From an uncultured delta proteobacterium (GTDB taxonomy: Bacteria > Myxococcota_A > Polyangia > Fen-1088): a stretch of DNA of 64,000 nt. Below are positions 21,661 through 33,457 of this stretch, one piece after another. The position numbers were made by a program, and so were the translations under genes. The notes beneath the pieces are model-generated. The model worked only from the letters and a program-made list of their open reading frames with translations. It was not told the DNA's origin and did no database searches. The stretch's first letter is position 1; each line of letters starts with the position of its first letter. The DNA is taken from the NCBI GenBank assembly GCA_963767925.1, contig CAVYGB010000008.1:2560001-2624000 (forward strand), read 5' to 3'.

Positions 21661-21964
21661 GACGCCAAGTGGCCTCTGGGGGTCGGGACGGTTCAGCTCC
21701 CCCGGCGCACGGATTGCGCTCGATCCGACCGCCAGGCGGCTGCCGGGAGGCCAGCGCCCTGGCGCGACGCTCGTTCGCCGGGGCACTGCGCCTTTTCGAT
21801 AAGGCAGTTCCTCATGGCAGTCCTGCGGCCGCGACCGGGGTGTTTTCCGGCAGGAAACCGTTCGCTGGCGGCGTGGTTGGCGTAAGGTCCCCCCCGCCCC
21901 ACACCCTTTGGCCGGCGCCGGGGCCGCTCTCTCGATACCGCGCTCGGCCTGTCACGGAGGTTCA

Positions 21965-22852
21965 ATGAAACGACGTATCCTTACCCGGGCGACGATGGTC
22001 GCCCTTGCTCTCGGCGCCGGGCTCGTTGCCTGTGGATCCGATGAGCCCGCATCACCCGGCGGTTCGGCAGGCACCGGCGGCAGCGCCACCGCGGGCCGTG
22101 GCGGCTCCGGCACCCCGAGCGCGACCGGCGGGTCGGGCGGGTCTTCGGCCGGCACCGGCGGCGGCAGCGCAGGCAGCGGCGGCGCAGCGGCCGGCACCGG
22201 CGGCGGTGCGGCTGGTAGCGGCGGCGCAGGCGGCAGCGTGAACCGAGATGCGCGCACCCCCGATCGCGCTCCGGCGTCCGATGCGGCCCGCGCGGGCGAC
22301 GCGGCCCGGGCAGGCGACGCCCGCCGTGGCGACGCCGGCGGCGGCGGTGGCGGCACCGCCTTCTCCATCACGGTCGACAACGCCGGCATGAACGGCGACC
22401 GCCTCTGCTTCAAGTCCGAGGCCAGCTCGAGCGGCGGCAACCGGTCGCCTCTCATCACCTGGTCCAACGTCCCCGCGGGGACCAAGACCTTCGTGCTCTC
22501 GATGGAGGATCAGACCGGCAACCCGACGCCCCACCAGATCGTCACCGACATCCCGGCGACCGCGACGATGAACGCCGCCAACATCGGGAACACGCTCCCG
22601 ATGGGCGCCTCGGCCTGCTTCGGCCACAACCAGTCCCGCTGGTACGGTCCGGGCGCACCGGACGTCCACCGGTACGAGATCACCATCTGGGCCATCGCCG
22701 TCGACAAGCTGCCCGAGGCCTGCAGGGGCATGGGCAATGCAACGGCCGAGGCGGTGCTGGACTACCTCAAGAGCAAGCGGAACGACCCGACCATCGTGCT
22801 CGGCTCCGCCAGCCAGGTACTCTGGGGCAACGCCGCCGGCAACTGCCGCTAG
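21965..22852 (+). CDS. YbhB/YbcL (PEBP) family lipoprotein
   Basis: LVAC lipobox; GGNRSPLITWSNVPAGTKTFVLSMED, WYGPGAP..HRYEITIWA. Confidence 0.8.
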   Translation: MKRRILTRATMVALALGAGLVACGSDEPASPGGSAGTGGSATAGRGGSGTPSATGGSGGSSAGTGGGSAGSGGAAAGTGGGAAGSGGAGGSVNRDARTPDRAPASDAARAGDAARAGDARRGDAGGGGGGTAFSITVDNAGMNGDRLCFKSEASSSGGNRSPLITWSNVPAGTKTFVLSMEDQTGNPTPHQIVTDIPATATMNAANIGNTLPMGASACFGHNQSRWYGPGAPDVHRYEITIWAIAVDKLPEACRGMGNATAEAVLDYLKSKRNDPTIVLGSASQVLWGNAAGNCR

Positions 22853-22884
22853 CAACCCCGCCTGTATGAGGGGACGGCCCCTCG

Positions 22885-22917
22885 AAGGCCGCCGGCGACC
22901 GTCCGGCGGCCTTTTTT
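22885..22917 (+). terminator. Rho-independent terminator
   Basis: AAGGCCGCCGG-cgaccgt-CCGGCGGCCTT followed by a T tract, 33 nt after the stop. Confidence 0.85.
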
Positions 22918-23029
22918 CGTTCTGGGGGAGCTTCGGACGCCGTGAGAGTGGGGGGGTCGCGGATTCCCGGCTGGCCCCCCCTCCCCTGCCCGGCCTGCGG
23001 CGGTGAGCGAAAGAGGGTAAAAGCGGACC

Positions 23030-24166
23030 ATGCTGTCGACTCTCGCCTTCTGCCTGGGATCGCTGGTGCTCACGCAGGCCCCTGCCGCTCTTCCGGTTGC
23101 ACCGCCGGCGACGGCGCCGCGGGCGGCTCGGATCGTGTCGCCGGAGGTGGCGGCGGATCGGCGGGTGACGTTTCGGCTGCGCGCCGAGCGCGCTACCGAG
23201 GTGCTGGTGCGGGGGCTGTTCTTTCAGGACCGCTTGCCGCTGGCCCGGGACGCGGCGGGGGTCTGGAGCGCCACCGTCGGTCCGGTCGAGCCGGGGCTGT
23301 ACGAATACCGCTTCTCGGTCGACGGCCTGTCGATGGTCGATCCGACGAACCCGCTGATCCAGCCGGCGACCCAGCCGGAGGTCAGCATCCTGGAGGTCCC
23401 CGGCAGCCCGCCTCTGCTGACCGAGCGGCAGGACGTCCCCCACGGCACCGTGCACGTCCACCACTACGAGGCCCGGGCGCTCGAGGGACGACCCCGGCGG
23501 GTCCACGTCTACACGCCGCCGGGCTACGAACGCGGCGGGGGCGGCCGCCTGCCGGTGCTGTACCTCCTGCACGGGTCGGGCGACAACGACGCCACCTGGT
23601 CGGTCTACGGGCGGGCCCACTTCATCTTCGACAACCTGCTGGCGCAGAAGAAGGTCAAGCCCCTGGTAGTGGTGATGACGGACGGGCACCCGCCCCGCGC
23701 CCCGGTCCCGCCCGACGGCGCCCGGCCGGACGACACGGGTCGCTTCGTGCAAGAGCTGATCGGCGACGTGCTCCCGCTTGTCGAGCGCACCTACCGGGTC
23801 CGGACCGACGCCGCCGGGCGGGCCGTCGCGGGCCTGTCGATGGGCGGCCGGCAGGCTCTCACCGCCGGGCTCAATCACCCCGACCGCTTCGGCTGGGTGG
23901 CGGCGATGAGCTCCTCCATCCCACCGGCCGAGAGCATCGCCACCGCCCTGGCCGACGGGGCCCGGATCAACAAGCAGGTCCGCTGGCTCTGGATCGCCTG
24001 CGGCGAAGGAGACTCCGGCTTCCAGCGGAACCAGGCGTTCGCCGGGCTCCTCCAGGAGAAGGGCATCCACCACGTCTGGCGGCCGAGCGCGGGGGCCCAT
24101 CAGTGGCCGGTATGGCGGGACTACCTCGTGGAGATTGCGCCGAAGCTGTTCGCACCACGGAAGTGA
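23030..24166 (+). CDS. Esterase (alpha/beta hydrolase, CBM48-like N-domain; CE1-like)
   Basis: VYTPPGYE, PVLYLLHG, GLSMGG nucleophile elbow, GAHQW.VWR. Confidence 0.9.
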   Translation: MLSTLAFCLGSLVLTQAPAALPVAPPATAPRAARIVSPEVAADRRVTFRLRAERATEVLVRGLFFQDRLPLARDAAGVWSATVGPVEPGLYEYRFSVDGLSMVDPTNPLIQPATQPEVSILEVPGSPPLLTERQDVPHGTVHVHHYEARALEGRPRRVHVYTPPGYERGGGGRLPVLYLLHGSGDNDATWSVYGRAHFIFDNLLAQKKVKPLVVVMTDGHPPRAPVPPDGARPDDTGRFVQELIGDVLPLVERTYRVRTDAAGRAVAGLSMGGRQALTAGLNHPDRFGWVAAMSSSIPPAESIATALADGARINKQVRWLWIACGEGDSGFQRNQAFAGLLQEKGIHHVWRPSAGAHQWPVWRDYLVEIAPKLFAPRK

Positions 24167-24342
24167 GCCGTATTGGCCGGGGGAAAGGGGTCCGGCCCGC
24201 TTGACGCGGCGGTCCGGCCAGGGCTACAAAGGTCCTGTCAGTGTGGTCGTCCTCCCTACAACTGTCCAATTGTCGGTTGTAGCATCGCGTTAGAGAGCAA
24301 TTGGTTCCCCGTCCACGCGTTTCACTGAAAGGGGGCCGCAAC

Positions 24343-25901
<1,559 letters not shown>

Positions 25902-25993
25902 GCTCCGCCCGGACCGTCCCTGCCGTCGCGTCGCAGCGCACGGCAGGGCGGACGGTCCTTACCTTCGATGCCCACCGGTCGTAAGCTCCGGGC

Positions 25994-26683
25994 GTGAGTC
26001 GAAGCGCGTCCCCTCGGCCGGCGACCGGCGTCGTGCGGTTCCTGTTCCCGCTCGCGATCGCCGGCGCGACGCTGGCCATCTTCGTGGCTCTGGCGCTCTA
26101 CCGGCCCGACGAGCAGCCGGCCAGCACGGCGCGGGCCGAAGACCCGCTCGAGCGCGCCGAGCCTGAGGCCCCCACCCGGGTGGCCCGCCCGGCGCCCGGA
26201 GCCCTCACCCGGTCGTTGCCCCGGTTCATCCAGACTCCGTCGGCCGTGGCCGGATCGGAGACCCTTAACGCCGACCTGACCGACGCGGGCAGCCGGCAGG
26301 CGGCCGAGGCGATGTTCAACGGTCAGCCGCGGGATCCCGACTGGGCCGCGCGCATGGAGCACCACCTCGCCCAGCGCCTGGGCCCCGCCGCTCTCGCGCG
26401 GCTCGGCCTGTCCGAGCTGGGGCTGCGGATCGCGGGGCTGGAGTGCCGCACCTTCGGCTGCCAGGTCGCCATCGACTGGTCCGGGGCCTCGGCCGCCCGG
26501 GTTCCCGCCGTCCTCACGCCCAACCTCGGTCCGGTTCGCCACGTGCACCGGGCCGCCCCCCTGGCCGCGGCGGTCATGCGGCGCTCCCGGGAAGAAGGAC
26601 CGGACCGGCGCATCCGCGAGAGCTTCCTGCTTTTCTATCGCGACGACCTCCGCGAGCCGAGCGCCTGGGCCGCCCACGACTGA
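25994..26683 (+). CDS. Hypothetical membrane-anchored protein
   Basis: N-terminal TM segment; RDPDWAARME..LECRTFGCQV motif. Confidence 0.65.
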   Translation: MSRSASPRPATGVVRFLFPLAIAGATLAIFVALALYRPDEQPASTARAEDPLERAEPEAPTRVARPAPGALTRSLPRFIQTPSAVAGSETLNADLTDAGSRQAAEAMFNGQPRDPDWAARMEHHLAQRLGPAALARLGLSELGLRIAGLECRTFGCQVAIDWSGASAARVPAVLTPNLGPVRHVHRAAPLAAAVMRRSREEGPDRRIRESFLLFYRDDLREPSAWAAHD

Positions 26684-26767
26684 GCCCGCGACCGGCGCGC
26701 TCGGAGCCGTCCCGGACAGGCGGCGGTGGTATCGGCCCGGTGGGCCGCTTGTGGCGACTATCCGCCC

Positions 26768-29700
26768 GTGTTAACAGGGGACGTCGTGCGCGAGTCAAAG
26801 GCGCCTCAGCCGGCCGCGAGCACCCGCACCCGCACCGGGTCGGAGCTGGCCCCGGCCGCGGTCGGGCCATCGATCCAGGACCTGCCGCTGTTCGACGAGC
26901 AGCGCTTCGAGATCGCCGGCGAGCACGCCCGCGGGGGCGCCGGGATGGTGCTCGAGGCGCGGGACCGGCTGCTGCGCCGGCAGGTGGCGGTCAAGCAGCC
27001 GCAGCACCTCGATCGCGGCGTGGCCCGCTTCCTCCGGGAGGCGCTCATCACGGCCCGGCTGCAGCACCCGGCCATCGTCCCGATCTACGACTTCGGGATC
27101 CGCAGCACGGGCGAGCCCTGTTATGCCATGCGCCTGGTGCCGGGGACGACGCTGCGGGAGGCGCTGGCCGGCGCGCGCGGCCTCGACGAGCGCCTGGCGC
27201 TGCTGAGCCACGTCCAGGTTGTCGCCGACGCCGTCGCCTACGCCCACGGGCAAGGCATCGTGCACCGCGATCTGAAGCCGGGGAACGTGCTGGTGGGCCC
27301 GTTCGGCGAGACCGTGGTGATCGACTGGGGGCTGGCCAAGGACCTGACCGGTGAGGCCGGCGAGATCGACTTCGCCGACGTGGGGAGCGAAACCCTCGAC
27401 AGCGGCGAGGCGCTGACCGAGGCCGGCGTGGTGCTCGGCACGCCCGGCTACATGCCGCCCGAACAGGCCCGGGGCGAGGAGGCCGACGCGCGCAGCGACG
27501 TCTACGCGATCGGCGCGATCCTCTACGCGCTCCTGGTCGGGCACCCGCCCCATCGGGGCAAGGACCCGGCCCAGGTGCTGGCCGGGCCGCCCGAGCCGGT
27601 CGAGGCCCGGGAGCCGGGGGCGCCGCGCGACCTGGTGGCCATCGTGAACAAGGCCATGGCCGCCGACCGGGCGGCCCGTTATCCGCACGCGCAGGCGCTG
27701 GCCCAGGATCTGAAGCAGTTCGCCACCGGCCAGCTCGTGGAGGCGCGGCGCTACTCGCGCTGGGCGCTGGTCAAGCGCTGGCTGCTCCGGCACCGGGCGA
27801 CCGCGGTGGTGGGGGCGGCCCTGCTGCTGGCGCTCGTCGGCGGGGCGGCCGCGGTGGTTGTCGAGCGCAACCACACCGCGGTGGAGCGAGACCGCGCCAC
27901 CGGGGAGAACAACCGGCTGCGCCTGATGCAGGCCAATGCCGTGCTCGAGCGCGATCCCACCGCGGCGACGGCCTGGCTCAAGACCCACCGGGTGGAGCCG
28001 GGCCTCGCCGCCCGGGCGGTCGAGGTGGCGGCGCGGGCGAAGGCCGCCGGGGTGGCCCGCCACGTGTTGACCCTGCCGGGCGATACCCCCCTGCAGGTCT
28101 GTCTCGCGGGCTCGGGCGAGCTGGCCGGCGTGCTCGGCCGGGACGGGGCGATCTGGCTGTTCGATCTGGTGCGGGGGACCCGCCAGCAGCTCGGCCGGCT
28201 CCCCGAGGCCCCGACCGCCTGCCTGTTCGCCCAGGGAGACAGCCAGCTCGTGGCGACCGCCGGGCGCCGGGGAGGCATGATGAGCGCGCGCCTGCCCGCC
28301 GGCCCGGTCCGGGCCCTCGACGTGCCGGGCGGCGCGGTGGCGGCGGTGCGCCCGCTGGCCGACGGGCGCCTGCTCGTCACCGGGCGCGATCGGAGGGTTC
28401 ATCTCGTGGGCCTGGAGGGCTCCCCGACGCGCCCCCTCGCCGACCTGCCCGCCGCGCTCGGCGAGATCGTCCCGGCCCCGGCGGGGCCGGCGGCCTACGC
28501 CGCCGATGGCGCGGGCGGGCTGTGGCGGATCCCGCTCGAGGGCGGGGCAGCGGCCCGCCTGGAGGTGGCGTCGGATCCGGTGCTGGGGCTGGACCTGTCG
28601 AGCGATGGACGGCAGCTCGTGCTGGCGACCCGGACCGACCTGGCGGTGCGCGACCTGGCCAGCGGCGAGACGCGCTGGCGGCGGGGCGCGCTCCCGCCGA
28701 CCCACCAGACCTGGGTGCGGGCGGCGGGGGGCGGGATCATCTTCGTTGGCGGAGAGGTCGACGACGTGAAGTGGTGGGACGGACGCGGCGACGCGGTTGT
28801 CACCCTGGGAGCCCGCAGCATCTTCAAGTCGCTCCAGGTGAGCCGCGACGGCGGCCGGGCGGCCTGGGCCGATCGGGGTGGCACCATCTTCGTCGCCGAC
28901 CTGCCCGACCAGGTCGTCCATACCCTGGTCGGGCACCACACCGCCGTGCGCTCCTTCGCGCTGAGCGCCGACGGCCGCTGGCTGGCGGCCACCCACGGCG
29001 CGGCCGTCCGGGTCTTCGCCTTGCCGCCTCCGGCCGGCGCGCGGCGGGTGGCCCTCGGCGGGCGGACCCTGGTGAAGATGCCCCCGGTCCGCACGGTGCC
29101 CGCCCGAGGGGAGGTGATCGCGGCGGTCCGCCAGCGGGAGATCGTGGCCCTCGACGCCCGCACCGGCGCGGCCCGCCCCCTGCTGACCCTGCCCGCCCCG
29201 GTCGACACCCTCGCGGTCTCGGCCGGCGGCACCCGCGCAGCGGTCCACGCCTTCGGCCACCCGGTGGTGATCGTCGATCTGGCGTCGGGCGCCCGGCAGG
29301 AGCTGGCCGCGCCGGCCAGCCGTTACCACCTCGCCTTCGCCGGCGAGGAGCGCCTGACCGGGCTCGACACCGAGGGGAACATCCACCTGTGGGAGCTGCG
29401 CGGGGGCGGTCACCGCATCCTCACCCGCATGATGTCGGCGATGGGTGGGCTGGGCGGGGTGGCCGGGTCGGCCGACGGCAGCCGCCTGCTCGCGGGATCG
29501 CTGCGCGAGGGCCTGCTCATCGACCTCGACGGCGGCCGGACGCTCCCCCTCGACTACGGCGGCGGGACCTTCTTCCGCTCCGGGATGTCCCGGGACGGCG
29601 GCAAGATCGCCATCGGGTTCGGCGATGGGCGGGTGATGTTGTGGGAGGGCCGGGACGGGCCGCCAGCGGCGCGCCTGCTGACCCGGCGGGAGGGCTTCGC

Positions 29701-30124
29701 CGTGGACCTGCTCTTCACCCGCGACGCGGGCGCGCTCGTGGTGGCCGACGAGGCCGGGGCGATCGGCCGGATCGACCTGGCGACCGGCGCGGTGACCGAG
29801 ATCGGGCGCCACCCGGCGCGCATCGTGGCCGCCAGCCTGTCGGCGTCCGAGCGCTGGCTGGCGACCGTCGACACGGCGAGCGAGATCCGCATCTGGGAGC
29901 CGGCCCGCGGTGGCCTGGCGGTCCTGCGCGGCACGGGGGATCGCAACGTGAGCTTCCTGGGCGACGACCGCCTCGTCTCGGTGGCGGGAGAGGGCTGGAT
30001 CGAGCTGCTGCCGTTCGACCCCGCCGCCCTCGTTCCGGCCGAGCCGAGCGCGCTGGCCCGCTGGCTGGGCGGGCTCACCACCGCCCAGGTGAACGACGCC
30101 GGCGAGCCGGTCTCGCCCTTCTGA
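26768..30124 (+). CDS. Ser/Thr protein kinase with WD40-like repeats
   Basis: VAVK, HRDLKPGN, DWGLAK, GTPGYMPPEQ, SDVYAIG; central TM segment; C-terminal propeller repeats (GHHTAVRSFALSADGRWLA). Start approximate. Confidence 0.92.
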   Translation: MLTGDVVRESKAPQPAASTRTRTGSELAPAAVGPSIQDLPLFDEQRFEIAGEHARGGAGMVLEARDRLLRRQVAVKQPQHLDRGVARFLREALITARLQHPAIVPIYDFGIRSTGEPCYAMRLVPGTTLREALAGARGLDERLALLSHVQVVADAVAYAHGQGIVHRDLKPGNVLVGPFGETVVIDWGLAKDLTGEAGEIDFADVGSETLDSGEALTEAGVVLGTPGYMPPEQARGEEADARSDVYAIGAILYALLVGHPPHRGKDPAQVLAGPPEPVEAREPGAPRDLVAIVNKAMAADRAARYPHAQALAQDLKQFATGQLVEARRYSRWALVKRWLLRHRATAVVGAALLLALVGGAAAVVVERNHTAVERDRATGENNRLRLMQANAVLERDPTAATAWLKTHRVEPGLAARAVEVAARAKAAGVARHVLTLPGDTPLQVCLAGSGELAGVLGRDGAIWLFDLVRGTRQQLGRLPEAPTACLFAQGDSQLVATAGRRGGMMSARLPAGPVRALDVPGGAVAAVRPLADGRLLVTGRDRRVHLVGLEGSPTRPLADLPAALGEIVPAPAGPAAYAADGAGGLWRIPLEGGAAARLEVASDPVLGLDLSSDGRQLVLATRTDLAVRDLASGETRWRRGALPPTHQTWVRAAGGGIIFVGGEVDDVKWWDGRGDAVVTLGARSIFKSLQVSRDGGRAAWADRGGTIFVADLPDQVVHTLVGHHTAVRSFALSADGRWLAATHGAAVRVFALPPPAGARRVALGGRTLVKMPPVRTVPARGEVIAAVRQREIVALDARTGAARPLLTLPAPVDTLAVSAGGTRAAVHAFGHPVVIVDLASGARQELAAPASRYHLAFAGEERLTGLDTEGNIHLWELRGGGHRILTRMMSAMGGLGGVAGSADGSRLLAGSLREGLLIDLDGGRTLPLDYGGGTFFRSGMSRDGGKIAIGFGDGRVMLWEGRDGPPAARLLTRREGFAVDLLFTRDAGALVVADEAGAIGRIDLATGAVTEIGRHPARIVAASLSASERWLATVDTASEIRIWEPARGGLAVLRGTGDRNVSFLGDDRLVSVAGEGWIELLPFDPAALVPAEPSALARWLGGLTTAQVNDAGEPVSPF

Positions 30125-30192
30125 AGCGGACCGCTCGGTCGAGCGGGGACAGGATGGCGGGTCCACGCCGTCGCGAAGAATGCGAGCGCCGC

Positions 30193-31347
30193 TCAGCGGC
30201 CCCGGAGCGCTTCGGCGGCGGCGTCGATGATGCCGTCGACCACGGGCTTCGTCGCGAGGCGGAGCTGGACGCCGAGGGTCGCGGTGGCCTCGAGGGCGAT
30301 GAAGACGCCGTAGCCGCGGGCGGTGTCGAGCCAGGGCATCGAGCCGTAGGCCCCCGGGTCGGAGACCACCCCCGGGTTGGCGCGGTCGACCCACCAGCCG
30401 AGGCCGTAGCCGGGCATGGTCGGATCCTGGGTCATGCCGCCGTAGGCCGGGCCGATGCGGTCCTGCTGGGCGCGGGCCACCGCCGCCTCGCTGAGCACCC
30501 GGGTCTCGCCGCAGGTCCCGCGCCGCAGGTGCATGAGGAGGAGCTTGGCGTAGTCGGGGACGCTGACGTGGGCGCCCCCCTCGATGCTGGGGTTCGCGGT
30601 GCGGTCGAGGTTGGCCACGCTGCCCATGAAGAAGCCCGGGTAGCCGGCGCCCGCCCGCGCGAAGGGGTTGGTGAACCCGAGGCTGGGCACCTCGCAGGGC
30701 TCGACGTAGGTCTCGCGCACGAGCTCGGCCCACGACTTGCCGCTGACAACCTCGGCGACGCCGCCGGCGAGCTGCCACTGCGCGCCCCCATAGCGAAAGC
30801 GGGTGTCCGGCGGCACGCTCCGTCCCGCGTCGGGGGCCCGGTAGATCGTCTCGGCACAACCGGTCAGGGTCGCGCCGGGCACGAACTGGCACAGGTAGGG
30901 CAGGAAGGCGGCCTCGTCGAGCAGGCCGACCAGCCCCGAGCTGTTGGACAGCAGCTGGGCCACGGTGAGGTCGGCCTTCCCCTCGCCCCAGGTCGCCAGG
31001 ACCTTCCCGATGGGTGCGTCGAGGTCGATCCGCCCCTGGTCGGCCAGGCGCTGCAAGACGCCGGCGCTCAGGATCTTCGACGACGAGGCGATCAGGAAGA
31101 GGCGGTCGCGGTCGAAGGCGCCGTACCCCTTCAGGTGCAGGACGCCGTGCGCCTCGTGAACGACGGCGGCGGTCGCGCCGGCGAGGCCCTGGGCGGCGAG
31201 GAAGCTCTCGATCGTCCGATCGAAGGCCGAGAAGTCCAGGGCGGGCGGTTCCGGGTCGGTCGCTGGTGAGGCGGATCCGCAGGCCGAGGCCGCGACCAGC
31301 AGGGCGAGACAGGCGCGGGTGGCGCCCGGGGTGGCAAGGTGGCTCAT
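30193..31347 (-). CDS. Serine hydrolase, beta-lactamase family lipoprotein
   Basis: IASSSK (SxxK), LTVAQLLSNSSG, PDTRFRYG, YGLGWW. Confidence 0.85.
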   Translation of the reverse strand: MSHLATPGATRACLALLVAASACGSASPATDPEPPALDFSAFDRTIESFLAAQGLAGATAAVVHEAHGVLHLKGYGAFDRDRLFLIASSSKILSAGVLQRLADQGRIDLDAPIGKVLATWGEGKADLTVAQLLSNSSGLVGLLDEAAFLPYLCQFVPGATLTGCAETIYRAPDAGRSVPPDTRFRYGGAQWQLAGGVAEVVSGKSWAELVRETYVEPCEVPSLGFTNPFARAGAGYPGFFMGSVANLDRTANPSIEGGAHVSVPDYAKLLLMHLRRGTCGETRVLSEAAVARAQQDRIGPAYGGMTQDPTMPGYGLGWWVDRANPGVVSDPGAYGSMPWLDTARGYGVFIALEATATLGVQLRLATKPVVDGIIDAAAEALRGR

Positions 31348-31519
31348 CGCGAGATGGACACAGCTCCCCCCCTTGGCGACAAACCCCGGGGGTACCCGGT
31401 ACCGGGCTGATGCAACACCTCCCGTTGCGCCGGGGACAACGTCGCCCCGCTGGGCCGTTCCCGGCGCCTCCTCGACGACCAGATGGACCCGTGAATTCGT
31501 TGGCTTGCTCACCGCGCCC

Positions 31520-31897
31520 ATGTGGCGGCGCGCCACCTGCCGGTCAGGCACGGTCACTGCAGCCCAAGGGGATGCCCCCGGTGGGGGCATCGAGATGGGA
31601 GTGCAGAGCAACGACGGCAGCGCCTGGAAGCCGGTCATCAGCGAGACCTACACCCACATGTGGGAGAAGAACTACGGGGTCGAGGATCGCAGCTACGGCA
31701 TCGGCGCGGTCAGCACGGACGGGGGAGCCGAGACCATGGTCGACTTTTACAGCGCCAGCGCCGCCGGCAACCACCTCCTCTGGTCGAGCCTGACGCTCGA
31801 GGCGGGGGCCCACACCTTCGAGCTGCGGGTCACCGGGACCAGGCGGGCGGCCAGCAGCGGCACCGGCATCAGCGTGGACCATGCCGATGTCTGGTAG
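31520..31897 (+). pseudogene. Probable remnant: C-terminal half of a carbohydrate-binding beta-sandwich
   Basis: GIGAVSTDGGAETMVDFYS..LLWSS..AGAHTFELRVTG..ISVD; no signal peptide or matching N-terminal half. Confidence 0.45.
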
Positions 31898-31927
31898 CGC
31901 GGGCCACCGAAGAGCAGGGGTGCGCTG

Positions 31928-32290
31928 ATGGCCTCTCGCCGCACGCACTCCCGGGTCCGGCCCAGACCCGGAGAGTCGATCGAGGTCCAGCTCATCGGCG
32001 ACGACTTCCTCGAGATCCTCGAGGTGCGGGACATCAGCGCGGGCGGCCTGGGCCTGCAGGCCGGACACCAGCTCGCCCTCCGGGACATCGACGCCGAGGT
32101 CGAGGTGATCGTCAGCTTGCCGCGCGAGCGCCCCTTCTCCGCCCGGGGGATCATCCGCCACATCTCGAACGGCAAGCAGTTCGGGATCGAGTTCACCCAG
32201 CTCCCCGAGCCGGCCCGGTCGCGCGTCGAGCGCTACGTGGCGGCCCGCATCGCCCAGGGGGCCGAGTCGGCCTGGACCGCCCGCCCCTGA
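31928..32290 (+). CDS. PilZ domain protein
   Basis: RRTHSR and DISAGG motifs; FGIEF. Confidence 0.85.
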   Translation: MASRRTHSRVRPRPGESIEVQLIGDDFLEILEVRDISAGGLGLQAGHQLALRDIDAEVEVIVSLPRERPFSARGIIRHISNGKQFGIEFTQLPEPARSRVERYVAARIAQGAESAWTARP

Positions 32291-32302
32291 GCGGGTGCCG
32301 CC

Positions 32303-33457
32303 TCAGCCGGCGCGGGCGGTCTGGATGCCGCGCTCGGCGGCCCAGGTCGCGAGGTCTCGCCGGCGCAGCGCCGCCGCCATGAGGTCGGGGAAGGCGTCGG
32401 GGGTGCAGGCGAAGGCGGGGACGCCGAGCGCGGCGAGGGCGGCGGCGTTGGCCGCGTCGAACAGGGGGGTGCCCTGGTCGTTGAGGGCCAGCAAGCAGAC
32501 GACCTGGACGCCGCTCGCCACCAGGGCCCGGGTGCGGGCCAGCAGCTCGGCGGCGTCGCCGCCCTCGAACAGGTCGGTGATGAGGACGAGGACGGTGTCG
32601 GCCGGGCGGGTCACCTGCTGCTGGCAATAGGCCAGGGCGCGGTTGATGTCGGTGCCCCCGCCGAGCTGGGTGCCGAACAGCACCTCGAGCGGATCGCTGA
32701 GCTTGTCGGTCAGATCGACGACCGCGGTGTCGAACACGACGAGCCGCACGGAGACCGCCCGCACGGTGGCCATCACCGCGGCGAAGATGCTCGAGTAGAC
32801 AACCGAGGTGGCCATCGAGCCGCTCTGGTCCACGCAGAGGATCACGTCGCGCAGGGCGGAGCGGCGGCGGCCGTGGCCGATCAGCTTCTCGACGATGACC
32901 GTGCGGCGGGCCCGATCGTAGCGGCCGAGGTTGGCCCGCACGGTGCGGTCCCAGTCGAGGTCGGACAGGCGCGGCCGCCGCGCCCGGGTGGCGCGGGAGA
33001 GGGCCCCGCGCAGGGCCTGCACCATCCCCTGAGCCAGGCGCCGCTCGAGGTCGGCGACGACCTTGCGCACCACCTCCCGGGCGGTCTCGCGCGTGCGCTG
33101 GGGGATGACCGAGCCGAGGGCGAGCAGCGAGGCGACGAGGTGGACGTCGGGCTCGACCCCCGCCAGGAGCTCCGGCTCGAGCAGCATCTGGCGCAGGCCC
33201 AGGCGGTCGAGGGCATCTTGTTGCATGACCCGCACCACGCTGGCCGGAAAGTAGGTCCGGATGTCGCCCAGCCAGCGGGCCACGCTGGGGCTCGAGCTGC
33301 CGAGGTTGCCCTGGCGGTCGCTGTCGTAGAGGGCCTCGAGGACGCGGTCGCGGTCGCGCAGCTCGCCCGCGAGCGGCACCCCGAGCCCCTCCTCGGCCGG
33401 ACGCCCCAGCACGAGGCGCCAGCGGCGCAGGCGCTCGTCGTCCGGGGGCGGCGTCAC
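32303..33457 (-). CDS. vWA domain protein (CoxE-like, YehP-like)
   Basis: RLRRWRLVLG, RWLGDIRTYFP, CVDQSGSM MIDAS, GGGTDI, LITDLFEG. Confidence 0.9.
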   Translation of the reverse strand: MTPPPDDERLRRWRLVLGRPAEEGLGVPLAGELRDRDRVLEALYDSDRQGNLGSSSPSVARWLGDIRTYFPASVVRVMQQDALDRLGLRQMLLEPELLAGVEPDVHLVASLLALGSVIPQRTRETAREVVRKVVADLERRLAQGMVQALRGALSRATRARRPRLSDLDWDRTVRANLGRYDRARRTVIVEKLIGHGRRRSALRDVILCVDQSGSMATSVVYSSIFAAVMATVRAVSVRLVVFDTAVVDLTDKLSDPLEVLFGTQLGGGTDINRALAYCQQQVTRPADTVLVLITDLFEGGDAAELLARTRALVASGVQVVCLLALNDQGTPLFDAANAAALAALGVPAFACTPDAFPDLMAAALRRRDLATWAAERGIQTARAG

